Shown one piece after another: positions 47,662 through 56,744 of a DNA stretch of 56,744 nt; position 1 is the first letter of the stretch, and each line of letters starts with the position of its first letter. The position numbers and the translations under genes are program-made. Location of the stretch: NCBI GenBank assembly GCA_039812985.1, contig JBDHUL010000001.1, positions 1 through 56,744 on the forward strand, read 5' to 3'. This DNA comes from Candidatus Saccharimonadaceae bacterium. Lineage in GTDB: Bacteria; Patescibacteriota; Saccharimonadia; Saccharimonadales; Saccharimonadaceae. Below the pieces are notes generated by a model. It searched no databases and was not told the origin of the DNA. It saw only the letters and a program-made list of their open reading frames with translations.

Positions 47662-48771
47662 TTAGATAAGTTTCATGACAAATATCGCGTACCAAGCTGC
47701 TGCCCCGAGCGATGTCAACACGATGAGCAATAGCGTTATCCAAAGCGCCTTATGTCCCTTTTTGGGCGGGGCGGCTATGGGTTGATGGTATTCTTTTGTG
47801 TCGAATACCGGGTGGACTTCGTTCTGACCGTCATCTGCCCCTGTGGCAACCTTGTACTGCTGAGGAATAGATGTCGCCCTGCCAGTGTCGGCCACGAGAT
47901 CATTATTGCCCGACTCTTCATCAGCTTCTTCTCCCGTGATAGATGTATTGTCAGACTCAACCGAAACCACATCAGGGGCAAGTTCCTCTGGCAAGGGTAC
48001 TTTTGGTAGCGGCTCGCCCTGATGATCTTCATCGGTGTCGCTCCGCGCTGAGTGGGCATTATCTGAAATACCAGCTGTGTTATCTTTCTCTGTGCCAGCA
48101 CTCGCAAATGCTCCAAGCGGCCGTTTTTCGACATCGTTTGCATTGATAAACGGTGTCTGAACGGGCTCATGGAGTGATTCCGGAGTCTCGGCTAGCTCAT
48201 GTAGCGCTGAGTTGGGATGCGCGTCCGTGGAACCATTCATTGCCGTCGCAAACCCAGATTCCGCATGCGCAATCTCAGGAAGGTCAGAGTTGTCGTCATC
48301 GGTGTCTTGTGTCGATGCTGATCGATTCTCTGCTTTAGCCATAACGTCTAGTGGATCTGGCCATTCTGAATGAGGCGTTTGCGTTACCGTACCTGCATTC
48401 TCAACCGGCGGCTTTGTCTCTTCAGGAGTCTCAACACCCTGTTCAGACTGTGGCGGCGTGCTCCTTGCCTGACCTCTTATAGGTTGGGGGACCGCTTCGA
48501 CAATGTCGGGATGCAGCGGTTGCAATACAACCGATTGTCGACTCACCGAACGCGCTGGAGCAGACGGCGTCATGTCAGATGAGGGATGTACCATATCCAT
48601 GAACTGACCTCGAGGCTTCTGGACAGATGAAGCAACCGGAAGATCATCCGTACCCAATGATGACGGTGTCTTTGGAGCTGCCCCTGCATCAACAAGGGGC
48701 GAGGCGGGGCTTGATTGCCGAAGCACCGAATTTATTGCTTTATCTAGTTCGTCGAAATTGATATCGTCCAT
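47662..48771 (-). CDS. Hypothetical tail-anchored, acidic low-complexity protein
   Basis: 369 aa. Pro/Ser/Asp/Glu-rich without repeats, and a single C-terminal TM (ALWITLLLIVLTSLGAAAWYAIFV). Confidence 0.45.
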   Translation of the reverse strand: MDDINFDELDKAINSVLRQSSPASPLVDAGAAPKTPSSLGTDDLPVASSVQKPRGQFMDMVHPSSDMTPSAPARSVSRQSVVLQPLHPDIVEAVPQPIRGQARSTPPQSEQGVETPEETKPPVENAGTVTQTPHSEWPDPLDVMAKAENRSASTQDTDDDNSDLPEIAHAESGFATAMNGSTDAHPNSALHELAETPESLHEPVQTPFINANDVEKRPLGAFASAGTEKDNTAGISDNAHSARSDTDEDHQGEPLPKVPLPEELAPDVVSVESDNTSITGEEADEESGNNDLVADTGRATSIPQQYKVATGADDGQNEVHPVFDTKEYHQPIAAPPKKGHKALWITLLLIVLTSLGAAAWYAIFVMKLI

Positions 48772-48789
48772 GCCTACCCTTATGTTATC

Positions 48790-49560
48790 CTACTTCTTCT
48801 GTTGCTTTCCAGCCTGTTTTACAATCTCAGCAAACACCTCAGGTTGTAAGCTCGCTCCACCGATGAGCAGGCCATCAATGCCACTTTCCTGTAGAAAACC
48901 CGAAGCGTTTGAAGCATTGACACTGCCACCATATAGGAACCTGATAGCCTCCGAAGCCTTTTTGCCATAAAGCGCAGCAATATGCTTTCTAGTTGCTTTT
49001 TCAACAACGATAACATCTTTAAGAGAGGGTATTTTCCCACTGCCAATCGCCCAGACTGGTTCATAGGCTATGGCAATTTCGGACATCTCCTCGCTCGTCA
49101 CATTTGCAAGACCGCTGGTAAGTTGGTCACGCACAACTTCAACCGTTTCTCCTTCGGCGCGTTCGTGGGCTGTTTCCCCGACACATAAAATTGGTTTCAT
49201 CCGGCTACGGATGACGGCCTGGACTTTTTGTCGAATATCCCGTTCTGTTTCGTGAAATACATGTCGCCGTTCCGAATGCCCGACGAGTACGTAATCCACC
49301 ACACCGTGGAGCATAGCCGCGGATACTTCTCCGGTAAACGCCCCTTCATCACGCCAGTAGCAGTTCTGGGCGCCAAGTTTGAACTGACGATGGTTCACCT
49401 GCAAACTGAGCGACTGGAGGGCTAAAAAGTTTGGGCACAGCACGACATCAACGGAACGGGGTACCCGCACCTTCTCACTTAAACGATGGAGCAAAAGGCT
49501 TGCTTTGTGCGTATTGTGGTACATTTTCCAGTTGCCGACTATCAGCTTTTTCCGCATCAA
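48790..49560 (-). CDS. tpiA: Triosephosphate isomerase
   Basis: 256 aa; GNWKM, GHSERR, AYEPVWAIG(S)G. Confidence 0.95.
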   Translation of the reverse strand: MMRKKLIVGNWKMYHNTHKASLLLHRLSEKVRVPRSVDVVLCPNFLALQSLSLQVNHRQFKLGAQNCYWRDEGAFTGEVSAAMLHGVVDYVLVGHSERRHVFHETERDIRQKVQAVIRSRMKPILCVGETAHERAEGETVEVVRDQLTSGLANVTSEEMSEIAIAYEPVWAIGSGKIPSLKDVIVVEKATRKHIAALYGKKASEAIRFLYGGSVNASNASGFLQESGIDGLLIGGASLQPEVFAEIVKQAGKQQKK

Positions 49561-49604
49561 CCGTTCCTGTTGTTATATTGCTTACGTTTATTGTACCCCA
49601 TACG

Positions 49605-50840
49605 TTAGCGAGCGTCCATAAGCACTTCTATACCTGGAAGTTTTTTTCCCGCCATAAGCTCTAGGCTCGCCCCGCCACCGGTCGATACCAGCCCAAAGCT
49701 GTCGCCATGGGCAGCATCCCAGTGCAACACAAAGTCGGCCGTATCGCCGCCGCCTACGACAGAGGTAATGGCCGTTTTATGAGTCGCAAGAAATAACGCT
49801 AGCCTGGCCGACCCATGAGCGAACTGCGGTACTTCTGCGCGCCCTAGTGTTCCGTTCCAAATGACCGTCCCGGCCGACGCGAGCACGTGGTCAATACGAG
49901 CCATTGTTTTACTCCCAATATCAAGGATAATGTCATCTTGATCGACGTCGCGAGCAGACTTTTCAACCCGCTCTGCTTGCGCCGATAGGTCTTTTGCAAC
50001 TGCGACATCGGTTGGCAGGATGAAAAAATCTTCAGCTTCGTCGAGGCCAACTTTTTTAGCAACGGCCGCCTCGACGTCGCGTACGACACGCTCAGCTCCT
50101 TGCTCGACCAGGCTCTTGCCGACTGGAAAGCCTTTTTCTTGTAAGAAATTATTTGCCATTGCCCCACCGATAATCACCGTGTCAGAGATCTCAACAAACT
50201 TCTCCACAAGCTGGATTTTGTCAGATATTTTCGCACCGCCCAGCACAGCCACAAGCGGACGCTTTGGGTCTTTCATGGCATGCGTGATCGTCATGTATTC
50301 CTTTTCAAGAAGGAGCCCGGCAACACTGGGCAAGAACTCGGTGATAGCACTCGTCGACGCCTGAGCCCGATGCGCCACCCCAAACCCATCTTCGACAAAA
50401 TAGCTTGCCTGGCTACTCTGGGCCAGGTCACGGGCAAAAACTCGATCATTCGTTTCATCACCAGGGTAAAAGCGCACGTTTTCAAGCAACAACACGCTCC
50501 CTTTACCGGCGTGTTTTATAGCTGTGACAACTTTATCACCAATACAGTCATCAACAAACCGCACCGAACGTCCAAGCAGCTCCCTCAGCCGTTGAGCCAC
50601 GGGTGAGAGGCTTAGTTCTGGTGCCACCTTTCCGCCAGGCCGCCCGAGATGTGCCATAAGCACCACTGTACACCCTCGTGCAAGCAACGCTTCGATCGTT
50701 GGTATGCTTGAACGAATACGATAATCGTCTTTTATCGCGCCACTCTCCTGAGGTACGTTGTAGTCAGCTCGCACCAGTACGACTTTTCCGTCGAGAGGCA
50801 CGTCGCGCATAGACATTTTATAGAACCCACCCTGTTTCAT
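49605..50840 (-). CDS. pgk: Phosphoglycerate kinase
   Basis: VLVRADYNVP, GGAK.SDK and GGGD motifs. The true start is possibly the ATG at 50816 (MSMRDV..). Confidence 0.95.
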   Translation of the reverse strand: MKQGGFYKMSMRDVPLDGKVVLVRADYNVPQESGAIKDDYRIRSSIPTIEALLARGCTVVLMAHLGRPGGKVAPELSLSPVAQRLRELLGRSVRFVDDCIGDKVVTAIKHAGKGSVLLLENVRFYPGDETNDRVFARDLAQSSQASYFVEDGFGVAHRAQASTSAITEFLPSVAGLLLEKEYMTITHAMKDPKRPLVAVLGGAKISDKIQLVEKFVEISDTVIIGGAMANNFLQEKGFPVGKSLVEQGAERVVRDVEAAVAKKVGLDEAEDFFILPTDVAVAKDLSAQAERVEKSARDVDQDDIILDIGSKTMARIDHVLASAGTVIWNGTLGRAEVPQFAHGSARLALFLATHKTAITSVVGGGDTADFVLHWDAAHGDSFGLVSTGGGASLELMAGKKLPGIEVLMDAR

Positions 50841-50967
50841 GTATGTATCATATCATACAGCAGGGCGTGCGGTGAATGACACTCATGGCCTCATCGCAAT
50901 CCAACTTTATGAAAAGGAAGACGTCCGTCCAAACGTGTTCCCGATACACTCAGAGAGACCTAGCCCG

Positions 50968-52437
50968 CTAGACGGTCCTCACGCGAATCGTGTCAGTACC
51001 ACCCATCACTCCCGGCTGCTTACCACTGACAAGCACTACCTGGTCGCCTTCGTGCAGCAAATCGCCACCGGCAAGCTCCTGAGCCAGTTTAAATCCAGCA
51101 TTCTCACCATCTTCTCTGTAAAAACTCTTCACTCCGTAAAACAAACAAAGTTGCTGAGCAACACGTCGGCTACTCGATACCCCAATAATCTCCCGCGATG
51201 GCCGGTTAGCGGCTATATAGGCCGCCGTAGCTCCGCTCTTCGTTTCGGCTACAATCGCCGCAGCCTTCAAATAATGGGCTGCCTTGACAGCCGAATGGCT
51301 GATAACTGCCGCAATCGTGTCCATATCATCCGGTATAGCGAGCGGCTGAATTGGTACGTTTTCCTGAGTCGCGAGAATAGTCCGTTTCATCGTTTCAACT
51401 GCTTGCAACGGATAGTGTCCCATGGCAGTTTCTTCGCTCATCATGATAGCATCAGCCCCTTGTATAACGGCATTTGCTATATCACTCACCTCAGCTCGAG
51501 TCGCCTGCGGGCTATCGGTCATCGTACCGAGCACCTGTGTCGCGACAATGCTTACTTTGGCATGTTTTTGGCACAAGGCAATTATTTCGCGCTGAATAGC
51601 CGGTACTAGCTCTGGGCCAACCTCATACGCAAGGTCACCGCGCGCAACCATCACGACATCGCTCACCGAAACAATATGCTCCAATTCCTCTGGGTCAACT
51701 GCCGTTTCGGTTTCCAGTTTGGTCACGATGTGCGCATCATAATTTTTTTCGGCTAAGTAGGCCCGCAGCATCTCAACATCCGTCGCGCGGTGCACAAAAC
51801 TGAGCGCAACATAATCAAAGTCCTGCGTGGCGCCAAAATCAACATCTTCTAAGTCTTTCGGGGTCAACACCTCGCCAGTAAAGTCCGTGTCCGGCAGATT
51901 GATGCCTTTTTTGCTCATGAGGACACCGCCGTTTTGGGCAGTCGCAGTCACCGTGTGCGTTTCTTTGTTGACCGACGTTGCAATCGCCTTAATCTTGCCA
52001 TCAAATATAAACACGCGATCACCAACCTTAACTTTCTGGCTGATGTCATGTTGCACAGGAACGACATGCCCTTCATGGTGGGTGTCATAACGTAGATGAA
52101 TCTCATCACCAGTCTTAATCTGGTAGTGGTTATTTTCTATCTCTCCGAGACGGATTTTCGGACCCTGAAGATCCTGCAAAATAGCGACTGGTTTTTTTAG
52201 CTTGCGACTGGCACGACGTATGTCCTTGATGACCTGGGCAGCCCAGTCGTAGTTCGAATGGCCGTTCTTTCCAACATGGCTAAAATTTATCCGTAGACAG
52301 TTCACCCCAGCGTGAATCAGCTCCTCTATGGTTTCATAGCTATCTGAAGCTGGACCGATGGTAGCAACGATTTTTGTTCGTTTTATAGCTGGTAAGTAGT
52401 TAAGGTGTGCGAGTCGTATATTTGTCATATCGACCAC
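50968..52437 (-). CDS. pyk: Pyruvate kinase
   Basis: 489 aa; TKIVATIGPAS, MVARGDL, and a C-terminal regulatory domain. Confidence 0.95.
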   Translation of the reverse strand: MVDMTNIRLAHLNYLPAIKRTKIVATIGPASDSYETIEELIHAGVNCLRINFSHVGKNGHSNYDWAAQVIKDIRRASRKLKKPVAILQDLQGPKIRLGEIENNHYQIKTGDEIHLRYDTHHEGHVVPVQHDISQKVKVGDRVFIFDGKIKAIATSVNKETHTVTATAQNGGVLMSKKGINLPDTDFTGEVLTPKDLEDVDFGATQDFDYVALSFVHRATDVEMLRAYLAEKNYDAHIVTKLETETAVDPEELEHIVSVSDVVMVARGDLAYEVGPELVPAIQREIIALCQKHAKVSIVATQVLGTMTDSPQATRAEVSDIANAVIQGADAIMMSEETAMGHYPLQAVETMKRTILATQENVPIQPLAIPDDMDTIAAVISHSAVKAAHYLKAAAIVAETKSGATAAYIAANRPSREIIGVSSSRRVAQQLCLFYGVKSFYREDGENAGFKLAQELAGGDLLHEGDQVVLVSGKQPGVMGGTDTIRVRTV

Positions 52438-52469
52438 CCAGTGTACACGAACTGTCTCTGAAAAACCAG

Positions 52470-54839
52470 TTATCTCCCCAGTTTTTTCTCTGTGTCATGA
52501 ATATCTATGGTCGTTTTCACCAACGTGTCGGGCGCAAGCGACATACTCATGATGCCTTCTTCGACGAGAAAGCGCGCAAACTCCGGATAGTCCGATGGCG
52601 CTTGGCCGCATATACCAACCTTAATGCCCTTTTCCTTCCCAACTTTTATAGTTTGGCGAATCATCGCTTTTACCGCTGGGTTATTTTCGTTGTAAATGTG
52701 AGCGACCGTATGATTGTCACGATCAACCCCGAGGGTTAGCTGTGTCAGGTCATTACTGCCGATGGAGAAGCCATCAAAGAGTTCGGCAAATTTGTCGGCC
52801 AGCATAACGTTTGACGGTATTTCAACCATCATATACAACTGAAACCCATTTTCGCCACGCTTTAACCCAACGCCCGCCATAACATCTTGCACTTTGTGTG
52901 CTTCTTCAAGGTCACGGCAAAAGGGTATCATACCTTTGACATTTGTCAGCCCGAAGTCGTTTCTAATCTTTAAAAAGGCTTGGCATTCAAGTTCAAAGGC
53001 AGCTCGGTACTGGTCGCTATAGTACCGGCTTGCGCCACGCCACCCGATCATCGGATTGTTTTCGGTTGGTTCAAACTGCGCCCCGCCAATGAGGTTGGCG
53101 TACTCGTTGGTTTTGAAATCACTAAACCGAACAATCACATCGTTTGGATAAAACGCCCCTCCGATGATGGCGATGCCCTCGGCAAGCTTATCGACAAAGT
53201 ACTGCGTTTTGTCATCATACCCCTTTGTTAGTTCACGTATTTGCGCCCGAGTGTTTTTGTCCTTCACCTCATCAAAACGCAGTAATGCCAGCGGGTGAAT
53301 TTTAATATGGCTGTCGATGATAAATTCTTCGCGGGCGAGTCCTACCCCGTCGTTTGGTATAAGTGAGTAGGCGAAGGCCTGGTCAGGCGAACCAATGTTC
53401 ATCATCATCTTCGTTGCAGGCCGCTCGAGGTGCTCGACATCGGTTTTTTCAACTTCATAGCGGAGGATTCCCTCGTACACATATCCCTCATCGCCACCCG
53501 TACAACTCACGGTTACCTCCTGACCGTCGTGAATCACCTCTGAGGCGTTGCCCGTCCCGACCACGCAGGGAATACCAAGTTCACGACTGACAATAGCCGC
53601 GTGACAGGTTCGCCCGCCCTTGTCAGTAACGATGGCTGAGGCGATTTTCATAATAGGCACCCAGTCCGGATCGGTCATCTCTGTCACGAGTACGTCACCT
53701 GCCCGGAAATCATCAATATCCTTCACGCTCATGATCTTGTTCACTTTACCAGCGCCTATTTTGTTACCCACGCTCGTCCCTTTGACAAGCTGGTGGCCTT
53801 CTTCCTGTAGTTTGTACTCTTCGATAACATTGACATTACGCCGCGACTGCACCGTCTCGCTGCGGGCCTGCACGATGTAGAGCTGTCCATCATCTTCGTC
53901 GAGCGCCCATTCTATATCCATAGGATGACCATAGTGCTCTTCTATTTTCATTCCCCAGTCAGCAAGCGTTTTTACTTGGTCGTCAGTGATCGAATACCGC
54001 TCCTGGTCATGCACCGGTACCTCAATATTTTTCGTTTTACTGCCTGCCACCGGGATCATTTTGACTTTTTTCGTGCCCAGTTTGCGTTTGAGTATCGCCA
54101 TGGTCGGTTTGAACACGGTAAACTCGTCTGGGCTGACGTGCCCTTGGACAATATTTTCGCCCAGGCCATAGATAGAGCTGACAATGACAGCGTTTTTAAA
54201 CCCGGACTCAGTGTCAATAGTAAACATGACACCAGCGCATTCGCTCCGCACCGCTACCATCTGCTGTATACCGACACTAAGAGCCACTTTCATATGGTTA
54301 AAACCGTTGGTGACACGGTAGACGATGGCCCTGTCGGTGAACAGACTGGCGATGCATTCTTTCGTAGCCTGTAGTACCGCAGGCACACCTTTGATGTTCA
54401 AAAATGTCGCCTGCTGGCCGGCAAATGACGCATTCGGCAGGTCCTCGGCCGTGGCACTTGAGCGTATGGCGCACACGAGGTCGTCTTTGTCATGGCCGCA
54501 TTTACGGCAAAGTTCTTGATAGCCTCTCACAATTTCTTCTTCAAAATCTTTGGGAAACTCGGCCTCAACAATCATGTCACGGATAGCTGCCCCACGACGA
54601 GCAAGCTCACGCACATCGCTGACATCCAGTCCGGCAAGCGTTTCTTCAATCCGCTGGTTCAGTCCGGCTTCTTGCAAAAAGTACCTATACGCATCGGCAG
54701 TTGTTGCAACGCCATTTGGCAAGTTCACGCCTTTCGGTTTCAGGTGATGGTACATCTCGCCTAAACTAGCGTTCTTTCCACCCACAACCGGAATATCTTC
54801 GATAGATAATTCTTCGAAAAACTTGAGGTATTTGTACAT
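52470..54839 (-). CDS. ppsA: Phosphoenolpyruvate synthase (pyruvate, water dikinase)
   Basis: 789 aa. VGGKNASLGEM start, phosphohistidine loop GGRTCHAAIVSRELG and a C-terminal PEP-utilising TIM barrel. Confidence 0.95.
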   Translation of the reverse strand: MYKYLKFFEELSIEDIPVVGGKNASLGEMYHHLKPKGVNLPNGVATTADAYRYFLQEAGLNQRIEETLAGLDVSDVRELARRGAAIRDMIVEAEFPKDFEEEIVRGYQELCRKCGHDKDDLVCAIRSSATAEDLPNASFAGQQATFLNIKGVPAVLQATKECIASLFTDRAIVYRVTNGFNHMKVALSVGIQQMVAVRSECAGVMFTIDTESGFKNAVIVSSIYGLGENIVQGHVSPDEFTVFKPTMAILKRKLGTKKVKMIPVAGSKTKNIEVPVHDQERYSITDDQVKTLADWGMKIEEHYGHPMDIEWALDEDDGQLYIVQARSETVQSRRNVNVIEEYKLQEEGHQLVKGTSVGNKIGAGKVNKIMSVKDIDDFRAGDVLVTEMTDPDWVPIMKIASAIVTDKGGRTCHAAIVSRELGIPCVVGTGNASEVIHDGQEVTVSCTGGDEGYVYEGILRYEVEKTDVEHLERPATKMMMNIGSPDQAFAYSLIPNDGVGLAREEFIIDSHIKIHPLALLRFDEVKDKNTRAQIRELTKGYDDKTQYFVDKLAEGIAIIGGAFYPNDVIVRFSDFKTNEYANLIGGAQFEPTENNPMIGWRGASRYYSDQYRAAFELECQAFLKIRNDFGLTNVKGMIPFCRDLEEAHKVQDVMAGVGLKRGENGFQLYMMVEIPSNVMLADKFAELFDGFSIGSNDLTQLTLGVDRDNHTVAHIYNENNPAVKAMIRQTIKVGKEKGIKVGICGQAPSDYPEFARFLVEEGIMSMSLAPDTLVKTTIDIHDTEKKLGR

Positions 54840-54929
54840 GGCCCGCCCTTCTTAACACTTATATTTTGGCTAACTATAATAGTAGCATAAACACTTTGGC
54901 ACCACTACCCTGTCGTGTATACTGATCGC

Positions 54930-55553
54930 ATGGAACATATTTCTCGCATCAAAACTTGGCTTGGAAGTGGCTCAATTAACCTCTTTGGTCTTCCTTTTTC
55001 CGGCAAAGATACTCAGTGCGAGGCTATTGCTGAACTCCTCGACGGCGTTACATTTGGAAGCGGAGCTATTTTCAGAGAGCAAACTGACAACAAGGCGCTT
55101 CAAGAGATTATGGCAACCGGCGCACTCATCCCCTCGGATATGTTCTTCGATATTATGCTGCCGTATTTCTCCAAGCCCGAACTTGTTGGCAAGCCGCTTG
55201 TCTTGAGTTCTATCGGCCGAATGAAAGGCGAAGAGCACGTCATCTTTCGTGCAACAGAAGAAACCGGCCACCCAACAAAGGCTGTTATATACCTCGTGAC
55301 TCCCGATCATGCCGTTTTCGAAAGATACCGCGTAGCGCAGCAAGCTACTGACCGTGGTGAACGCCAGGATGACGGTGATGAAGATGTACTCCGGAATCGA
55401 ATCAGTAAATTTAACACACAAACCCTCCCGGTCATCGAATTTTACCGCGAAAAAGGCCTTCTCATCGAAATTGATGGCACCAAAGATCGGGAAAGTGTCA
55501 CCGCCGATATTGTACGCGCCCTCCTCGAACGCGCTCAGTCCTCATATTCTTAG
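54930..55553 (+). CDS. Divergent adenylate-kinase-family nucleoside monophosphate kinase
   Basis: 207 aa from ATG 54930. Collinear with short-LID Adk: P-loop GLPFSGKDTQ (Adk has G.PG.GKGTQ), ...G.LIP.D..., R.DD..E, and IDGTK near the C-terminus. The canonical GFPR is replaced by SIGR. Confidence 0.55.
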   Translation: MEHISRIKTWLGSGSINLFGLPFSGKDTQCEAIAELLDGVTFGSGAIFREQTDNKALQEIMATGALIPSDMFFDIMLPYFSKPELVGKPLVLSSIGRMKGEEHVIFRATEETGHPTKAVIYLVTPDHAVFERYRVAQQATDRGERQDDGDEDVLRNRISKFNTQTLPVIEFYREKGLLIEIDGTKDRESVTADIVRALLERAQSSYS

Positions 55554-55968
55554 GAACCTCTCCTCGCAATCCACTCCACAATCCAAATCCAGCGATCTTG
55601 ATCTCCCATACTTGCACCTATACATACTTCCACCTCCCACTTCGTTCACCCATGTTTTAAGGTATTTTAAGGTGCCACCCTATCATCTGAGAAAATTTAC
55701 AAGTTTTCCAATTTTCCAGGGGTGTAGTGAAATCTTTATTCCCGTCGATTCAATTCGATTCAATTCATTCCGTTTTTGATTTACCGGTATCCAAACAACC
55801 TGGTAGCACAAATTTCTAACCCGCAGTGCGCCCGCTCGTCATCCTACGCGCTCGCGGGATAATGCGGCTAGGCAAGCACGTTGACCTATTTACAATACGT
55901 CCTAACCGGCGTATAACCATAGATACAATCATTATGCGGCCAGAGCCGCAAGGGGGAGGAAACACTTT

Positions 55969-56541
55969 ATGGATCAACAAAAACCAACCACCGAGGGTCC
56001 ATCGCCGGCACAGACACCGGCACCAGTTGCGCCACAACCAAAGCCGCCCGTGCACCCCGATCCGCCCGTCAGCGGCCCGCTTGCCCAATTTGAGGCATGG
56101 CTCTATGATATGCTCGTAGCCAAAATGCCTTTCCAGCTACCACAGGGCCTCAAAGACTGGATCGTGCAATACGGCCCATGGATCACCCTGGTCGTCGGGC
56201 TACTATTCTTGCCTCTTATCTTTGGAGCATTTGCTATTTTTAGCTACATAGGAAGCATGTACGGTGCGTATGTTCCTCAGGCCGTTGGGGTAACGTACTA
56301 CATTGCCATCGTCATGCTCGTCATCCAGGTTGTCGTGATGTTTGTGTCAATACCCATGTTGCTCAAGCGTCAGCGAAACGGCTGGCTCCTCTTGTTCTAC
56401 GCCGACCTTCTCAGTCTCGCTTACAGCCTGTTCAACTCATTTACCTATGGGCTTAATATAGGCGCGCTGCTTGGTGGACTCCTTGGCGCTGCCGCTGCGT
56501 TTTATTTTCTGTTCCAGATACGAAGTTACTATAAAAACTAG
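55969..56541 (+). CDS. Hypothetical membrane protein (Pro-rich N-terminus, 4 TM)
   Basis: 190 aa. Strong RBS GGGGGAGG 8 nt upstream of the ATG. No family recognised. Confidence 0.5.
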   Translation: MDQQKPTTEGPSPAQTPAPVAPQPKPPVHPDPPVSGPLAQFEAWLYDMLVAKMPFQLPQGLKDWIVQYGPWITLVVGLLFLPLIFGAFAIFSYIGSMYGAYVPQAVGVTYYIAIVMLVIQVVVMFVSIPMLLKRQRNGWLLLFYADLLSLAYSLFNSFTYGLNIGALLGGLLGAAAAFYFLFQIRSYYKN

Positions 56542-56704
56542 GTGCTTCTGGCCCTTCTACGATAACTATTGGCTCACTGGTAGCAAGTAGCAAACTTTGT
56601 TTTTCGCTGTCGTGCCGCCTCGTGGCTTGCCTCAATGTTTGGCAAAGAATGCTCGGACCGTTCAATTCCCACGCAGGCCAAGCAGCTCTACCCCTTCCTT
56701 GGGC

Positions 56705-56739
56705 AAAAAAACACTCATCTTTCGATGAGCATGTTTTTT
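56705..56739. terminator. Intrinsic-terminator-like hairpin (CTCATC-TTTC-GATGAG) flanked by A7 and T6
   Basis: Read directly. It could serve either strand. It lies about 170 nt after the stop of the membrane-protein gene. Confidence 0.45.
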
Positions 56740-56744
56740 GGTGA

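Noticed and set aside
50839-51609. 256-aa ORF on the plus strand
   Set aside because: It lies almost entirely antisense to the well-supported pyruvate kinase gene. It has no RBS, and its Ser/Arg/Leu-rich composition is typical of a shadow ORF.
55554-55968. Replication origin (the strand switch from minus-strand ppsA to plus-strand genes occurs here; ATCCA(C/A) motifs are present)
   Set aside because: The best DnaA-box-like 9-mers have 2-3 mismatches to TTATCCACA. No dnaA or dnaN is nearby. Other strand switches occur elsewhere in the window. This needs whole-genome GC-skew analysis, which I cannot do.
56545-56700. tRNA-like or SRP-like signals (GGGAATTGAAC on the minus strand; GGCCAAGCAGC on the plus strand)
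   Set aside because: I could not build a cloverleaf: there are no complementary acceptor or T stems around a TTCNANT loop. The SRP domain IV pattern (AGG-stem-GNRA-stem-AGCA) is also absent.

Overview
This is a gene-dense 56.7-kb bacterial chromosomal segment, roughly 90% coding. It reads cleanly in the standard genetic code; TGA is a stop, for example in the guaB/guaA ATGA overlap at 7007-7010. I support about 45 protein genes, mostly on the minus strand in tightly packed or overlapping operons. In order: PadR/DUF1048; a long operon of csoR-like, trxA, uvrC, holin-like, secG and an ABC substrate-binding protein (1.06-5.7 kb); guaB-guaA; a divergent MFS/mtlD pair; DUF4332; trhO; DUF2200; a restriction-modification islet (12.97-16.1 kb) followed by a disrupted small membrane-protein gene; an ABC exporter; rplY; dedA; uvrA; sbcB; a PaaX-like regulator; obg; a cell-envelope block (LysM-CHAP hydrolase, mltG, ruvX, a 546-aa membrane protein, ftsA-like, alaS); mnmA/DUF218/cysteine desulfurase; tatD/metG/pgeF/rsmA/RpfB-YabE-like; pcrA; and a glycolytic operon ppsA-pyk-pgk-tpiA. 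I recognised no rRNA, tRNA, CRISPR array, transposase or integrase. Several housekeeping proteins are compact: AlaRS lacks the C-Ala domain, IMPDH lacks the CBS pair, and UvrC is 545 aa. That, plus membrane-anchored exoproteins and Firmicute/Actinobacteria-like synteny, suggests a reduced-genome Gram-positive-like lineage such as Saccharibacteria/Patescibacteria; this is inference only. The most interesting locus is a BcgI-like (Type IIB-style) RM system: a fused nuclease-methyltransferase plus an HsdS-like specificity gene, with no HsdR. Its specificity gene carries two different hypermutable repeats. One is an in-frame 24-bp x2.9 repeat in the coiled-coil spacer. The other is an out-of-frame (GCAA)9 tract that currently splits the gene into a one-TRD half and an unstarted second half. 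Together these look like a phase- and specificity-variable restriction system. Secondary leads are a 13-bp tandem duplication that breaks the adjacent gene, a CstR-like (Cys-x-Cys) CsoR-family repressor with a perfect palindromic operator ahead of trxA-uvrC, a roughly 275-nt unexplained leader ahead of a LysM-CHAP hydrolase, several leaderless-type promoters, and a few large orphan membrane-anchored proteins.
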